A DNA stretch of 64,000 nucleotides from Thermoplasmata archaeon (lineage in GTDB: Archaea > Thermoplasmatota > Thermoplasmata > UBA10834), in NCBI GenBank assembly GCA_020696365.1, contig JAEHCM010000001.1, positions 166,987 to 230,986 on the forward strand. The letters are read 5' to 3'. Both the position numbers and the translations under genes were made by a program. Of this stretch, positions 1 to 9,506 are shown piece after piece. The notes beneath the pieces are model-generated. The model had not been told where the DNA came from and searched no databases. It saw only the letters and a list, made by a program, of their open reading frames with translations. The stretch's first letter is position 1. Each line of letters opens with the position of its first letter.

Positions 1-293
1 GAGAAGATCGGGGCGGTTCGGAGGATATCCCTCGGCAAGCACTCAGGCAAGGCTGCGATCAAGCACAAGCTCGAGCTGCTGGACCTTCAAGCTCCACCGG
101 ACATGATAGAAACGCTCAGGTGCGAGATCAACCGGTTCGCCGAAAACCGTAAGTCGGACCTTTCGGATGCCGACTTCATGAAGCTGCACAAGGAAGTCGT
201 CTCAAATCGCAGAGCAGGAGCGTCGGAGAAGATACCCGTCCCCGAAAGACTCGGCAGCGTGTGAGACGCACAGTCGCTAACGGAGGGGGCATC

Positions 294-1547
294 ATGGGCA
301 AGACCATCACCGAGAAGGTATTATCCAAACACTCAGAGACTGACTGTCACGCGGGGGACATCGTCGTCGCATCAGTCGATTTCTGCATGGCTCAAGACGG
401 CACCAGCAAACTCATGATCGAGGAACTCGCAGCCCTTGGTTTCGCAACACCCAAGCCGTTGCGGGGAGCGGCAATCGTCCTGGACCACAGTTCTCCGAGT
501 CCCTCTGCGGAGGTCTCTCGGATTCACAGCGTCATCAAGGACTTCTCCGCGAAGCACGCAATCGAGCTGCACGACGTTGGCGAAGGTGTGTGCCATCAGG
601 TGGTCCCTGAATCGGGCAGGGTCCTCCCAGGAGACTTGGTGGTCGGGGCGGACTCGCACACCTGCACCTATGGCGCCCTGAACGCGTGTTCGACCGGCAT
701 GGGCTCTGCAGACGTCGCCGCGGCGGTACATACGGGCAAGCTCTGGTTCAGAGTCCCGGAGGCCCTGAAGGTCGACATATCGGGCGGCTTCAAGGACAGA
801 GTCAGCGCTAAGGACCTCATCCTCAGGTTGGTGGGGGATGTCCGCGCAGATGGCGCGACATACAAGTCGTTGGAGTTCTCCGGGGAGACGTTGCCGTCCA
901 TCAACATGGACGGCAGGATGACGATTTCGAACATGGTCGTCGAGATGGGCGCCAAGTTCGGTCCGTTTCCGTTCGACGCCGTGACCTCCTCCTGGTATGC
1001 CTCAATCGGCCTGAACCCTGCGGCTGGGGTGACCGCTGACGACGATGCATCGTACGTCCGGACCATCGATGTCGATGCCTCTGATCTGGTGCCCAAGGTA
1101 GCACGACCCGATCGGGTGGATAATGTGTGCGACGTCTCGGAATGTGCCGGGACGGAGATAGATCAGGTCTTCCTCGGCACATGCACGAACGGCCGTCTTT
1201 CGGATTTGGCGGCAGCAGCCGATATTCTCAAGGGGCGTCGAGTGAAGAAAGGCCTCAGATTGATCGTCGCTCCCGCTTCGAGGAGTGTGTTGATGAGGTC
1301 GATAGAGGCCGGAATAGTCAGTCAGCTGCTCGCAGCCGGAGCCGTGTTCGTGTCTCCTGGATGCGGTCCATGTGTCGGAACGCATGCAGGCGTGCCGTCC
1401 GACGGCGAGAGAGTCCTGTCGACGGCGAACAGGAACTTCAGCGGCCGGATGGGCAACAACAACGATGTGGAGATATACCTGGCCTCTCCTGAAACCGCCG
1501 CCGCATCCGCACTGGAAGGGCGAATAACCGATCCAAGGGAGGTATGA
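294..1547 (+). CDS. leuC: 3-isopropylmalate/(homo)aconitate dehydratase large subunit (aconitase family)
   Basis: Aconitase-family motifs DSHTCTYGALNACSTGMGSADVAAAV and GCGPCVG. Strong GGAGGGGG Shine-Dalgarno 7 nt upstream of the ATG at 294; the ORF opens at 261 but the internal Met is the more likely start. Confidence 0.85.
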   Translation: MGKTITEKVLSKHSETDCHAGDIVVASVDFCMAQDGTSKLMIEELAALGFATPKPLRGAAIVLDHSSPSPSAEVSRIHSVIKDFSAKHAIELHDVGEGVCHQVVPESGRVLPGDLVVGADSHTCTYGALNACSTGMGSADVAAAVHTGKLWFRVPEALKVDISGGFKDRVSAKDLILRLVGDVRADGATYKSLEFSGETLPSINMDGRMTISNMVVEMGAKFGPFPFDAVTSSWYASIGLNPAAGVTADDDASYVRTIDVDASDLVPKVARPDRVDNVCDVSECAGTEIDQVFLGTCTNGRLSDLAAAADILKGRRVKKGLRLIVAPASRSVLMRSIEAGIVSQLLAAGAVFVSPGCGPCVGTHAGVPSDGERVLSTANRNFSGRMGNNNDVEIYLASPETAAASALEGRITDPREV

Positions 1548-1548
1548 G

Positions 1549-2064
1549 ATGGCAGATGTGATTCTCCGAGGGCGTGCTCACAGATTCGAGCCAAACGACG
1601 ACATCAACACAGACTATATCATCTCCGGAAGGTACAAGTTCAAGATTGATGACATGAACGAACTCGCCAAGCACGTCATGGAGGACATCGCCCCTGATTT
1701 CGCATCCAAGGTTGAATCTGGAGACATCATCGTCGCAGGCAGGAACTTCGGATGCGGGTCCAGCCGCGAACAGGCTCCCAGGGCGCTGAAGGCCGCCGGT
1801 GTCTCCGCGGTCTTAGCGAAGTCCTATGCTCGAATATTCTACAGGAACTCGTTCAACATCGGCCTGCCAGTCATAGTGTGTGACACCGACTGGATCGTGG
1901 ATGGTGAGGCGATGCTGGTAGATCTGGAGAAAGGGTATGTCATGAGTGAGACGTCCGGACGACAGGCGACGTTCTCACATCTGCCGAAGACGATGCGCGT
2001 TCTCCTCAATGACGGTGGACTGATCCCTCACCTGAGGAAGCATGGGGGGTTCTCATTTGACTGA
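1549..2064 (+). CDS. leuD: 3-isopropylmalate/(homo)aconitate dehydratase small subunit
   Basis: LeuD-like sequence (GRNFGCGSSREQAP). The start is 1 nt after the leuC stop and preceded by GGGAGG. Confidence 0.85.
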   Translation: MADVILRGRAHRFEPNDDINTDYIISGRYKFKIDDMNELAKHVMEDIAPDFASKVESGDIIVAGRNFGCGSSREQAPRALKAAGVSAVLAKSYARIFYRNSFNIGLPVIVCDTDWIVDGEAMLVDLEKGYVMSETSGRQATFSHLPKTMRVLLNDGGLIPHLRKHGGFSFD

Positions 2065-3256
2065 AGATGCCAGGGCGCCTCGGGCCGATCCGAAGACGAT
2101 AGTCGTACCGTTCATCCCCGGGGATGGGATCGGGCCTGAGATAATGGCAGCCACAAGGAGAGTCCTCGATTCCTCGGTCGAGAAGGCGACGGTCGGCGCG
2201 GTCAGGTTCAGGTGGCACGAAGTCCTGGCAGGCGAGAAGGCGTACAAGGCGACGGGTTCGTGGCTCCCCGACGACACGTTGAGGGAGATCTCGGAGAACG
2301 GGCTGGCAATCAAGGGCCCTCTCACGACTCCAGTGGGTGGTGGGATACGTAGTCTGAACGTCCAGCTGAGGCAATCCCTCGACCTCTATGCCTCAGTTAG
2401 ACCTGTGCGATACTTCCCCGGCGTACCTAGTCCGGTCAAGTCTCCTGAGAAACTGGATGTCGTGATATTCAGGGAGAACACTGAGGACGTCTACAAAGGG
2501 ATTGAGTGGAAGTGCGGCTCGGATGAGGCCCTGGGAATGATCGAATACCTGCGTTCCGAGATGAATGTAGAGCTTTCGGCTGATTGCGGGATAGGCCTTA
2601 AGCCGATATCCGAGACGGCGACGAAGCGGATAGCTCGTGCGGCTCTGAGGTTCGCCGTCCTCAAGGGCAAACCCGTCGTTACCATCGTTCACAAAGGCAA
2701 CATCATGAAGCATACCGAGGGCGCCTTCAGGGAGTGGGCGTACGAACTCGCTAGAGACGAGTTCTCAGAGCATGTCATGTTCGAGGAGAGCGCCAGCATG
2801 GAAGAGGCGTCGTCGTCGGGCAAGATATTGGTGAATGACAGGATCGCCGACAACATGTTTCAGCAGGTCCTGACTCGCCCAGACGAATACTCCGTTTTCG
2901 TGACGCCGAACTTGAACGGCGATTATTTGGCCGACGCATGTGCGGCCCAGGTCGGGGGGTTGGGTGTCGCCCCGGGGGCCAACATCGGCGACCGGGTCGC
3001 GGTGTTCGAACCCGTTCATGGCACGGCCCCGAAATACGCCGGGAAGAACACCGCCAATCCGATCGCCCTGATCCTTTCAGGGGCGATGATGCTCGAGCAT
3101 CTCGGCTTGACCAGCGCATCGATGATGGTGGAAGGCGCGGTGGGGAAGACGTTGTCCCAGGGCATCATGACCGGGGACCTGGCGAGACGCTCGGGAAGAC
3201 CAGACTCGGTCAGCACGAGTGGGTTCGCGGACTCGGTCATTCATAATCTGGCTTGA
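2042..3256 (+). CDS. icd: NADP-dependent isocitrate dehydrogenase (E. coli Icd type)
   Basis: Near-identical blocks to E. coli IDH: KGPLTTPVGGGIRSLNVQLRQSLDLY, VRPVRYFPGVPSPVKSPEKLDVVIFRENTEDVY, HKGNIMKHTEGAFREW. Overlaps the leuD 3' end by 23 nt; exact start uncertain. Confidence 0.8.
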   Translation: MGGSHLTEDARAPRADPKTIVVPFIPGDGIGPEIMAATRRVLDSSVEKATVGAVRFRWHEVLAGEKAYKATGSWLPDDTLREISENGLAIKGPLTTPVGGGIRSLNVQLRQSLDLYASVRPVRYFPGVPSPVKSPEKLDVVIFRENTEDVYKGIEWKCGSDEALGMIEYLRSEMNVELSADCGIGLKPISETATKRIARAALRFAVLKGKPVVTIVHKGNIMKHTEGAFREWAYELARDEFSEHVMFEESASMEEASSSGKILVNDRIADNMFQQVLTRPDEYSVFVTPNLNGDYLADACAAQVGGLGVAPGANIGDRVAVFEPVHGTAPKYAGKNTANPIALILSGAMMLEHLGLTSASMMVEGAVGKTLSQGIMTGDLARRSGRPDSVSTSGFADSVIHNLA

Positions 3257-4562
3257 GGTCCGACTGCTCGACATCGTCCATCAGCCTTGTCCTCAGATCC
3301 TTCGTCTGTTTCTTGTCGATGTCCCTCTCCGTGAGGAAACTGAGGATCGTGGCCAGAACCGTCGTTCCGAGAATCACGATGAGGGTCGTGTTGAGGAAGA
3401 GACTCGGTAGGTCATCGGTCCATACCTCAAGGCCTGCCAGCTGGGTAGCCGGCAGCGTAGCCAGGACTGCCGCCGCAAGCCCCCTGGGCATCATGGCGAA
3501 CACGGCCTTCCCCTCCGAGCACGTAAGGTCTCCCCACTTGAATGCGCAGTTCGCTGTGAACTTCCGGGCCACAACGGCCAGAGCTATGATGAAGAGGCCC
3601 ACCACCAGATGCTCGGCCTTGAAGGTGCCGAATCCGAAAGACAGGCCGAGATACACGAAGAAGAATGTTCTGACGAAGAATGTGATCTCCGTGTGGAAGT
3701 AGTGGATGTACTCGTCGGTTAGAGCCGTCAGCGACAGAGATGTGAGCCGTTTCTTAACGAACTTGCGGTTCCCCATCGCGAGGCCGAAAGCGAGAGCGGC
3801 CACAGCGCCGGAGCTGTTCAGAGGGCCAAGCTCGACGAAACCTGCCACCATGAACAGCGCGGCGACGGTGATCATGTAGGATAGCGGCTGGTTCCGCAAC
3901 TTCTCCAATACGAACAACCAGGCCACGCCTGCAGCGAATCCGACGATTCCTCCCACAAGGAACTTCACCGAAAGCTCGCGGATAATCGCCCAGATGCTGA
4001 ACTCATCCAATTTTATGACGGAGATCAGACTCAAGGTCGCAACGATGACGAGGACGTCCGTCATCACGCTCTCCATGATTAGCATCGTCTTCGTCCTCTC
4101 TTTGATTCGCATCTTGCGAGCTATCGGTATAACGACGGCTCCAGTGGTCCCTCCCAGGATCGATCCCAGCGTGAGCGCCACCAGGAAATCTATCCCCATG
4201 ATGTAGTGAAGGGATATCGAGACTGCAGCGGCCAGCAGAATGAAGTTCATCCCGGCCAGGAATACTGAGAATTTCATGGACTCCCACACGTGGCGAATAT
4301 CAAGCGAGAGTCCCCCGTCGAAGAGTATGATTACGAGGGCGGCTGACAGGAAGATGTCCTTGAACTGGTTTATGCTGTCCAATATCTCGGTCGTCACAAG
4401 ACCGAAGCGCGTGCCCAGCAGATCAGGTCCTATGATCATCCCTAGAAGCACGAGTATGAGAACGTCGGGTATTCTGAACTTGTTGAATATCGCGTTGCCG
4501 AAGAATCCTATGAATATTATCGAACCTATAGCCAGGAATGCTGTGATCGTTCCCGGATCCAT
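3237..4562 (-). CDS. monovalent cation:proton antiporter (CPA family Na+/H+ exchanger-like) membrane protein
   Basis: 441 aa, about 11-12 hydrophobic helices, Na+/H+ exchanger-like N-terminus (IPDVLILVLLGMIIGP). TGA stop. Confidence 0.6.
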   Translation of the reverse strand: MDPGTITAFLAIGSIIFIGFFGNAIFNKFRIPDVLILVLLGMIIGPDLLGTRFGLVTTEILDSINQFKDIFLSAALVIILFDGGLSLDIRHVWESMKFSVFLAGMNFILLAAAVSISLHYIMGIDFLVALTLGSILGGTTGAVVIPIARKMRIKERTKTMLIMESVMTDVLVIVATLSLISVIKLDEFSIWAIIRELSVKFLVGGIVGFAAGVAWLFVLEKLRNQPLSYMITVAALFMVAGFVELGPLNSSGAVAALAFGLAMGNRKFVKKRLTSLSLTALTDEYIHYFHTEITFFVRTFFFVYLGLSFGFGTFKAEHLVVGLFIIALAVVARKFTANCAFKWGDLTCSEGKAVFAMMPRGLAAAVLATLPATQLAGLEVWTDDLPSLFLNTTLIVILGTTVLATILSFLTERDIDKKQTKDLRTRLMDDVEQSDLKPDYE

Positions 4563-4699
4563 CTATCAATGCACCCCATCCATCTCGCCGTCTCGGCAAT
4601 CCCGCTACTGGTTCAGACGCTTGGCCTTCATTATGGACCTTGAGAGTATTTCATGATATTGGGCGCGTGAGCGAAGCGGGTTTCGTGCACGACTAATTG

Positions 4700-4707
4700 T
4701 TTATAAA
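4700..4707 (+). promoter_or_regulatory. putative archaeal TATA box (TTTATAAA) for trxB
   Basis: AT-rich TATA-like octamer about 24-31 nt upstream of the trxB ATG in otherwise GC-rich DNA. Compatible with a leaderless or short-leader transcript. Confidence 0.35.
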
Positions 4708-4730
4708 GCCTCAACCGATTTCCTTTCGTT

Positions 4731-5708
4731 ATGTCAGTAATGGACGATTCTGGCCCTAAGACCGAGAGAGGGCCCCTGACCGACTACGACGTTGTCATAA
4801 TAGGGGCCGGTCCCGCTGGCCTCTCTGCCGGTATCTACGCGCGTCGTGCAGGAATGTCGTGCATCATTCTGGAGAAGGGTGTGCCTGGCGGCCAGGTTCT
4901 GACAAGTCCGAAGATCGAGAACTACCCAGGCTTCCCGGAAATCGAGGGGATGAAGCTGATGGATGTCATGGCCGAGCACGCAAGAATGTACGTGGACATC
5001 CGGGAAGGAGAGGAGGTCACGCGTCTCGTCAGGTCCGGCGAGCGGTTCGAGTTCACCACGACCAACGGCCGGTACTCGTCGAGAGCAGTCATCCTTGCTA
5101 CAGGTTCCTTCCACCGCAAGCTGGATGTGGAGGGGGAGGAAAGACTGTCCGGGCGCGGCGTGAGCTATTGTGCCACATGCGACGGCTTCTTCTTCAAGAA
5201 GAAGAAGGTCGTGGTCGTTGGCGGCGGAAACACCGCTCTAACGGACGCACTCTACCTTCATTCCATGGGGTGCGAGGTTTCTATCGCGCACCGAAGGGAT
5301 GCCTTCAGAGCCGACAGGCATCTGCAGGATAGCGTTGCCGACAGGAGCATAGCGATTCTCTGGGACACGGTCGTAGAAGAGATCGTCGGTGAGAACGAAG
5401 TGACCGCCGTCAAGCTCAGAAACGTGAAGACCGGCGCCGTCGACACGAAACCGGTGAGCGGCGTCTTCGTGGCGGTTGGCGAAGTGCCGAGCAGCCAGCT
5501 TGCGGCCGAGCTTGGTGTCCGGATGGATCCTGGTGGGTTCGTCACCGTCGATATGTCGTTCAGGACCAACGTTCCAAATGTCTACGCGGCCGGTGACGTC
5601 GCAGGAGGTATCAGGCAGATCGTCGCCGCGGTCCATGGAGGTGCCGCGGCTGCTCTGTCGGCCTTCGAGGATCTGGCGAAGCCGTACTACTCCCGTTCCG
5701 GCGGATGA
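4731..5708 (+). CDS. trxB: thioredoxin-disulfide reductase
   Basis: FAD motif GAGPAGLSAG, redox-active CATCDG, NAD(P) motif VVVVGGGNTA, and C-terminal AAGDVAG. Confidence 0.85.
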   Translation: MSVMDDSGPKTERGPLTDYDVVIIGAGPAGLSAGIYARRAGMSCIILEKGVPGGQVLTSPKIENYPGFPEIEGMKLMDVMAEHARMYVDIREGEEVTRLVRSGERFEFTTTNGRYSSRAVILATGSFHRKLDVEGEERLSGRGVSYCATCDGFFFKKKKVVVVGGGNTALTDALYLHSMGCEVSIAHRRDAFRADRHLQDSVADRSIAILWDTVVEEIVGENEVTAVKLRNVKTGAVDTKPVSGVFVAVGEVPSSQLAAELGVRMDPGGFVTVDMSFRTNVPNVYAAGDVAGGIRQIVAAVHGGAAAALSAFEDLAKPYYSRSGG

Positions 5709-7547
5709 TCACTTCGCTATGCGCTTGTCGAGGAACCCGACCGATCTTTCGTACAGGTCTTTCAGGTTCTTCCGCTTGCGAGGCCAGTGTCCTTCATCCT
5801 TGTACTCGTGATACTCGTATTCCTTCCCCATCTTCTCGAGTCTTCTCACGACCTCCCTGGTCTCTGTGGGTGGACACCTGACATCGCGCGCGGACGCGGT
5901 TAGCAGGATCGGCGCTCTAAGGTTTTCAAGGAAGTGAATCGGAGATCGGTCCCGGTACAGTTCAGGATTGTCTCTCGGATCCCCCATCTTGCTCAGGTCG
6001 TACGCCTTGAGATACCCTCTCTCGCTTTCGAACTCTGTGACGCAGTCGAAATAGCCGACAATCGACACCCCCGCAGCCCACATATCCGGGGCCTTCGTCA
6101 ACGCCAGCATGCATAGATATCCGCCATAGCTTGCCCCCCAGAATCCCAACCTGTCCTTATCCGCGAAACCCGTCCTCACGAGGTATTTCCCGCCGTATAT
6201 GACGTCGTTGAGGTCCCCTCCTCCCAGGTCCTTGTTGTGCAGATGCAGGAATTCGCGACCGTATCCAGTGGATCCTCGGTAGTTGGGCAAAATCACAGAG
6301 AACCCCTTGATGACAAACATCTGAACCACCTGGTCCCAGAGGTTCAGCGACTGCATCTCCGGCCCTCCGTGAGGAATGACGACTCCACGTCCGGTCGGAC
6401 CGTCTTTCGGGACGAACAGCATCGCCGATATCCGCCTTCCGTCAAATGACCGATACTTCACGCGCCTGGGCTGCGCGAACGCGTGTGTTGGGAGTTCGGC
6501 GCTCTGGAACCTCGTCAGGTGTTTGGGGCGGCCTCTCCTGACGATGAATATCTCCTCCGGTCTCATCGACGATCCGTTGACATAGATTATGCCCGAACCA
6601 TCAGGCAGCCAATGGTGACTTCTCGAGACGCCGGTCTTCTGTGAGATGGTGCGCGTCCTGCCTTTCTCCTTGACCTTGATGACCACGTTCGGATCCTGGA
6701 CCTCTAGATAGGCGAGTCTCGACCCATCAGGGGACCATTGCGGGCTATACTTGTCATTGGACGAACGCACCAGCCAGCGCTGTCTCCGGGTCGAATGGTC
6801 CAGCATCCCAATGTCGTTCGAATCGTATTCGTTGGAAACGAAGAGCAGCTTCGACCCATCGGCTGACCATTGCATGGGTTTGGCGCCATAACCCCAGATG
6901 CCGTAGTCGACGTCCTTCTTAGACAGTATACGCCTCGTCTTGCCGTTCAACGTGTTCACGGTCGAAATGTAGTCTCCATCGCTAATGCCCGTCCCGTAAG
7001 CTATCGTGCGCCCATCGGGGGACCATGCGAAATCTCTGACGGGCAGTTCCTCATTCGTGAGACGCGTGTGTCTCCCTCCCCCAGAGTCCACCATGTAGAG
7101 GTTCTCCATATCGTCCTTGCGGGTGGATACGAACGCGATTCTCCTGCCGTCAGGGGAGAACTCGGGGTTCTCATTGTCTGCGATGCTGTCCGTGACCTTT
7201 CTCGGGTTCCTACCTTTGCCGTCGATTACGAACACATCGTAATCCTCGTTCCCCTCGAAGTCCGCCTGATAGGCAATCATCATCCCACATGGCGAGTACG
7301 TCGGGGAGAGAAGAGCCTGGTCGCCAGACAGAATCCTCCTCATCTTCCCGTTCGTGAGATTCATGATGGCAAGTTCGTAGTTGCGGCCCTTGTTCACGGA
7401 GCATACCGCTCTCGCACCGTCCGGGTGTATGCTGTACTCCTGCATTTCTGTGGCCTTGAACAAGCCAGAAGTATTGACTTTGTCCACTTGTTTTGAAGGC
7501 ATTTCGATAAATCCTGTCCGATGGAAGGCACTCTTACGATTTGACAC
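5709..7547 (-). CDS. S9 family serine peptidase (acylaminoacyl/prolyl oligopeptidase-like) with N-terminal beta-propeller
   Basis: Repeated PDG/SPDG propeller motifs. C-terminal alpha/beta hydrolase with nucleophile elbow GFWGASYGGYL and a later Asp/His region. Confidence 0.75.
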   Translation of the reverse strand: MSNRKSAFHRTGFIEMPSKQVDKVNTSGLFKATEMQEYSIHPDGARAVCSVNKGRNYELAIMNLTNGKMRRILSGDQALLSPTYSPCGMMIAYQADFEGNEDYDVFVIDGKGRNPRKVTDSIADNENPEFSPDGRRIAFVSTRKDDMENLYMVDSGGGRHTRLTNEELPVRDFAWSPDGRTIAYGTGISDGDYISTVNTLNGKTRRILSKKDVDYGIWGYGAKPMQWSADGSKLLFVSNEYDSNDIGMLDHSTRRQRWLVRSSNDKYSPQWSPDGSRLAYLEVQDPNVVIKVKEKGRTRTISQKTGVSRSHHWLPDGSGIIYVNGSSMRPEEIFIVRRGRPKHLTRFQSAELPTHAFAQPRRVKYRSFDGRRISAMLFVPKDGPTGRGVVIPHGGPEMQSLNLWDQVVQMFVIKGFSVILPNYRGSTGYGREFLHLHNKDLGGGDLNDVIYGGKYLVRTGFADKDRLGFWGASYGGYLCMLALTKAPDMWAAGVSIVGYFDCVTEFESERGYLKAYDLSKMGDPRDNPELYRDRSPIHFLENLRAPILLTASARDVRCPPTETREVVRRLEKMGKEYEYHEYKDEGHWPRKRKNLKDLYERSVGFLDKRIAK

Positions 7548-7799
7548 TTTTGTCAGTGCGGTGAGCTTCAGTCACAGACTCAGTTGCGGATGATGTATCA
7601 CGGTCTTCGGAGGCCGTTCTGAGGCCTAGAACTCCATGGCTAACGAATATCCTTTAAATGAGCCGCCTCGCCGACACACCAGCCGTCGACCATGTCTAGG
7701 GCCCTCATTCCCGCATAGTCTCATCGTAGCGTGCGTCTTTCGTTTGGCGCAAGTATTAATCCGTCTCAGTCAATCTGTACACCGGAGGAGGTGAGCCGT

Positions 7800-7919
7800 T
7801 TGGTGAAAGGTAAGCTTGGTAAGACGTATCATTGCGACATCTGCGGGCAAGAGGTCAACGTGACCAAGGAAGGCGTCGGAGTGCTCGTATGCTGCAACAA
7901 GCCCATGAGGGAGATGTGA
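7800..7919 (+). CDS. desulforedoxin-like small rubredoxin-type metal-binding protein
   Basis: C-terminal KTYHCDICGQEVNVTKEGVGVLVCCNKPM matches the desulforedoxin Cys4 pattern (CxxCG...CC). The long ORF opens at 7731, but a GGAGGAGGTGA Shine-Dalgarno sits 5-9 nt before an in-frame TTG at 7800, giving a 39-aa product. Confidence 0.55.
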   Translation: MVKGKLGKTYHCDICGQEVNVTKEGVGVLVCCNKPMREM

Positions 7920-7960
7920 AGAGGGCCGTGTAATCCGTCCCCTTCGAATCATGATGAAGT

Positions 7961-8056
7961 GGGCCCGATCGGATTTGAACCGATGACCAATTGGTCACTC
8001 AGGGACCAACAAGTCCCTTATGAGCCAATCGCTCCGCCGGACTAAGCTACGGGCCC
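7961..8056 (-). tRNA. tRNA-Met/Ile2 (anticodon CAT) with a 23-nt intron between positions 37 and 38
   Basis: Minus-strand cloverleaf with 7-bp acceptor GGGCCCG/CGGGCCC, D-stem GCTT/GAGC, anticodon stem ATTGG/CCAAT and loop CTCATA-[intron]-A, and T-arm ATCGG-TTCAAAT-CCGAT. No encoded CCA. Confidence 0.8.
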
Positions 8057-8139
8057 GTGCGTTTCCTCTAAACATTATCCTACTAATTAGCGTTTCTGTG
8101 TCGTTCAGTGCGCTATCGGAGGATGTTCCGACGGCACGA

Positions 8140-8712
8140 TCAGTAGCGGTAACTTCGGGTCTTGCCCCTCTCAAGCTCGACGCCCAGGCTCAACGATATC
8201 CTGTTCGAGAAGTTGAAGTACGCTGCGACCAAGGTGGCTCGGAGTATCTCTCCGTCGTTCAACCCCGCCTCCCGCAGGTCGCCGATGTCGTCCGAGGTGA
8301 TATCCTTCGGGTCGAGGGTTATCTTCGCGGCATACGCGAGCAGCGCCTTGTTCCTCGGAGTCTCAGCCTTCTGTGAGTACTCTTTGATGAGGCTATGGAG
8401 TGCATCGCTGTCGTGCTCGACAGTCTCAAGCGCCTCCGAGTGGTGCACTGCGCCGTAAGCGCATCTGTTTGCAGCGGAAACTATGACGGCTATCATCTCC
8501 CTCTCCTCTCTGGTCAGCGGTCCTTCCCCCATGAGTATCTCGAGGTAGAGTTCCATGTTCTTCTCGAGAACCGCGGGCTCCATTCCCTGGGCCAGGAAGA
8601 TGTTGGCAATGTGCTCTCTCTCCTTCAGAATCCTGTCGTACACTTCCTTCGTCTTCCCGGACGCTTCCTCATGTTCTATCGTGTTGATCCAGGCCATTCC
8701 TTTCACCGGCAT
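8140..8712 (-). CDS. carboxymuconolactone decarboxylase-family peroxidase-related protein (AhpD-like)
   Basis: 190 aa with the AhpD-like CxxxxH motif (NRCAYGAVHH) in an all-helical CMD-family context. Confidence 0.65.
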   Translation of the reverse strand: MPVKGMAWINTIEHEEASGKTKEVYDRILKEREHIANIFLAQGMEPAVLEKNMELYLEILMGEGPLTREEREMIAVIVSAANRCAYGAVHHSEALETVEHDSDALHSLIKEYSQKAETPRNKALLAYAAKITLDPKDITSDDIGDLREAGLNDGEILRATLVAAYFNFSNRISLSLGVELERGKTRSYRY

Positions 8713-8889
8713 ATGAGACGTCTTGCCGCGGGATATTCATCGTTTCCTGCTTTAAAACCTCTCCGAGGGATGGTCCCGGAACTGACTGTTCTATCCGGAA
8801 CAACATTCTCTCGTGAATGTCATCTCTCTGTTCTCATACTGGGCGGTCAAGAAGGCGGGGCGTGGTTCAGAGGAATGAAGGCGAATGAA

Positions 8890-8965
8890 TGGCGCCGTCG
8901 AACGGGCTCGAACCGTTGACCTTCCGCTTAACAGGCGGACGCTCTACCGACTGAGCTACGACGGC
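8890..8965 (-). tRNA. tRNA-Asn (anticodon GTT), intron-less, CCA encoded
   Basis: Minus-strand GCCGTCGTAGCTCAGTCGGTAGAGCGTCCGCCTGTTAAGCGGAAGGTCAACGGTTCGAGCCCGTTCGACGGCGCCA. Perfect cloverleaf with anticodon loop CTGTTAA. Confidence 0.85.
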
Positions 8966-9059
8966 TTTGTTGGTGCGAGCCGCAGTTAACCTTACGTGGA
9001 TAATAAGCCTTTGCAAGCCCGCGACGCTGTCTGGCCGTGGCCGATGGGGAGCGGGGAAT

Positions 9060-9377
9060 CTACTCTATTGATTCCCGCAGCTCGTTGACAGTCGCGCTCA
9101 TGCTGTCCAACGTGTCCTTCAGGTGGTCGAGGAACTCCTGGATCTTCTCCGTCGTAACGGCCCCGTCCGGTGACGGTTCGATCAGACTCTCCTGTTCCAG
9201 GATTCTGAGCGAGTACCTTACCTTATGCTGTGGGTGTTGAAGCATCTCGGAGAGTCGGATTATGCCGATGGGCTCGTTGTCCATGATCGCCTTCAGCATC
9301 TGCACATGTCTCTGCAGAAGCTCGATCTCAGCCTCGATCTTGCTCGTCAGGACCGACTTACCCGCCTTTGCAGCCAT
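9060..9377 (-). CDS. small winged-helix transcriptional regulator (hypothetical)
   Basis: 105 aa with an HTH-like segment GIIRLSEMLQHPQHKVRYSLRILEQESLIE. TAG stop. Divergent from the ABC transporter operon. Confidence 0.45.
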   Translation of the reverse strand: MAAKAGKSVLTSKIEAEIELLQRHVQMLKAIMDNEPIGIIRLSEMLQHPQHKVRYSLRILEQESLIEPSPDGAVTTEKIQEFLDHLKDTLDSMSATVNELRESIE

Positions 9378-9506
9378 CGTTCATACTCCTTGCATGTGTT
9401 GATCGAAACCCAGTGGTCGTGCTACATGATAGCACATGGACGTATTTAATCCGGAAGTCGGAACCACCGTGATGGTAACCATCGGTCCAGACAAGATTGA
9501 AATAAC

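Noticed and set aside
8020-8376. 118-aa ORF starting inside the tRNA-Met gene
   Set aside because: It overlaps the tRNA and the antisense of the AhpD-like gene, has no Shine-Dalgarno and no motifs; spurious.
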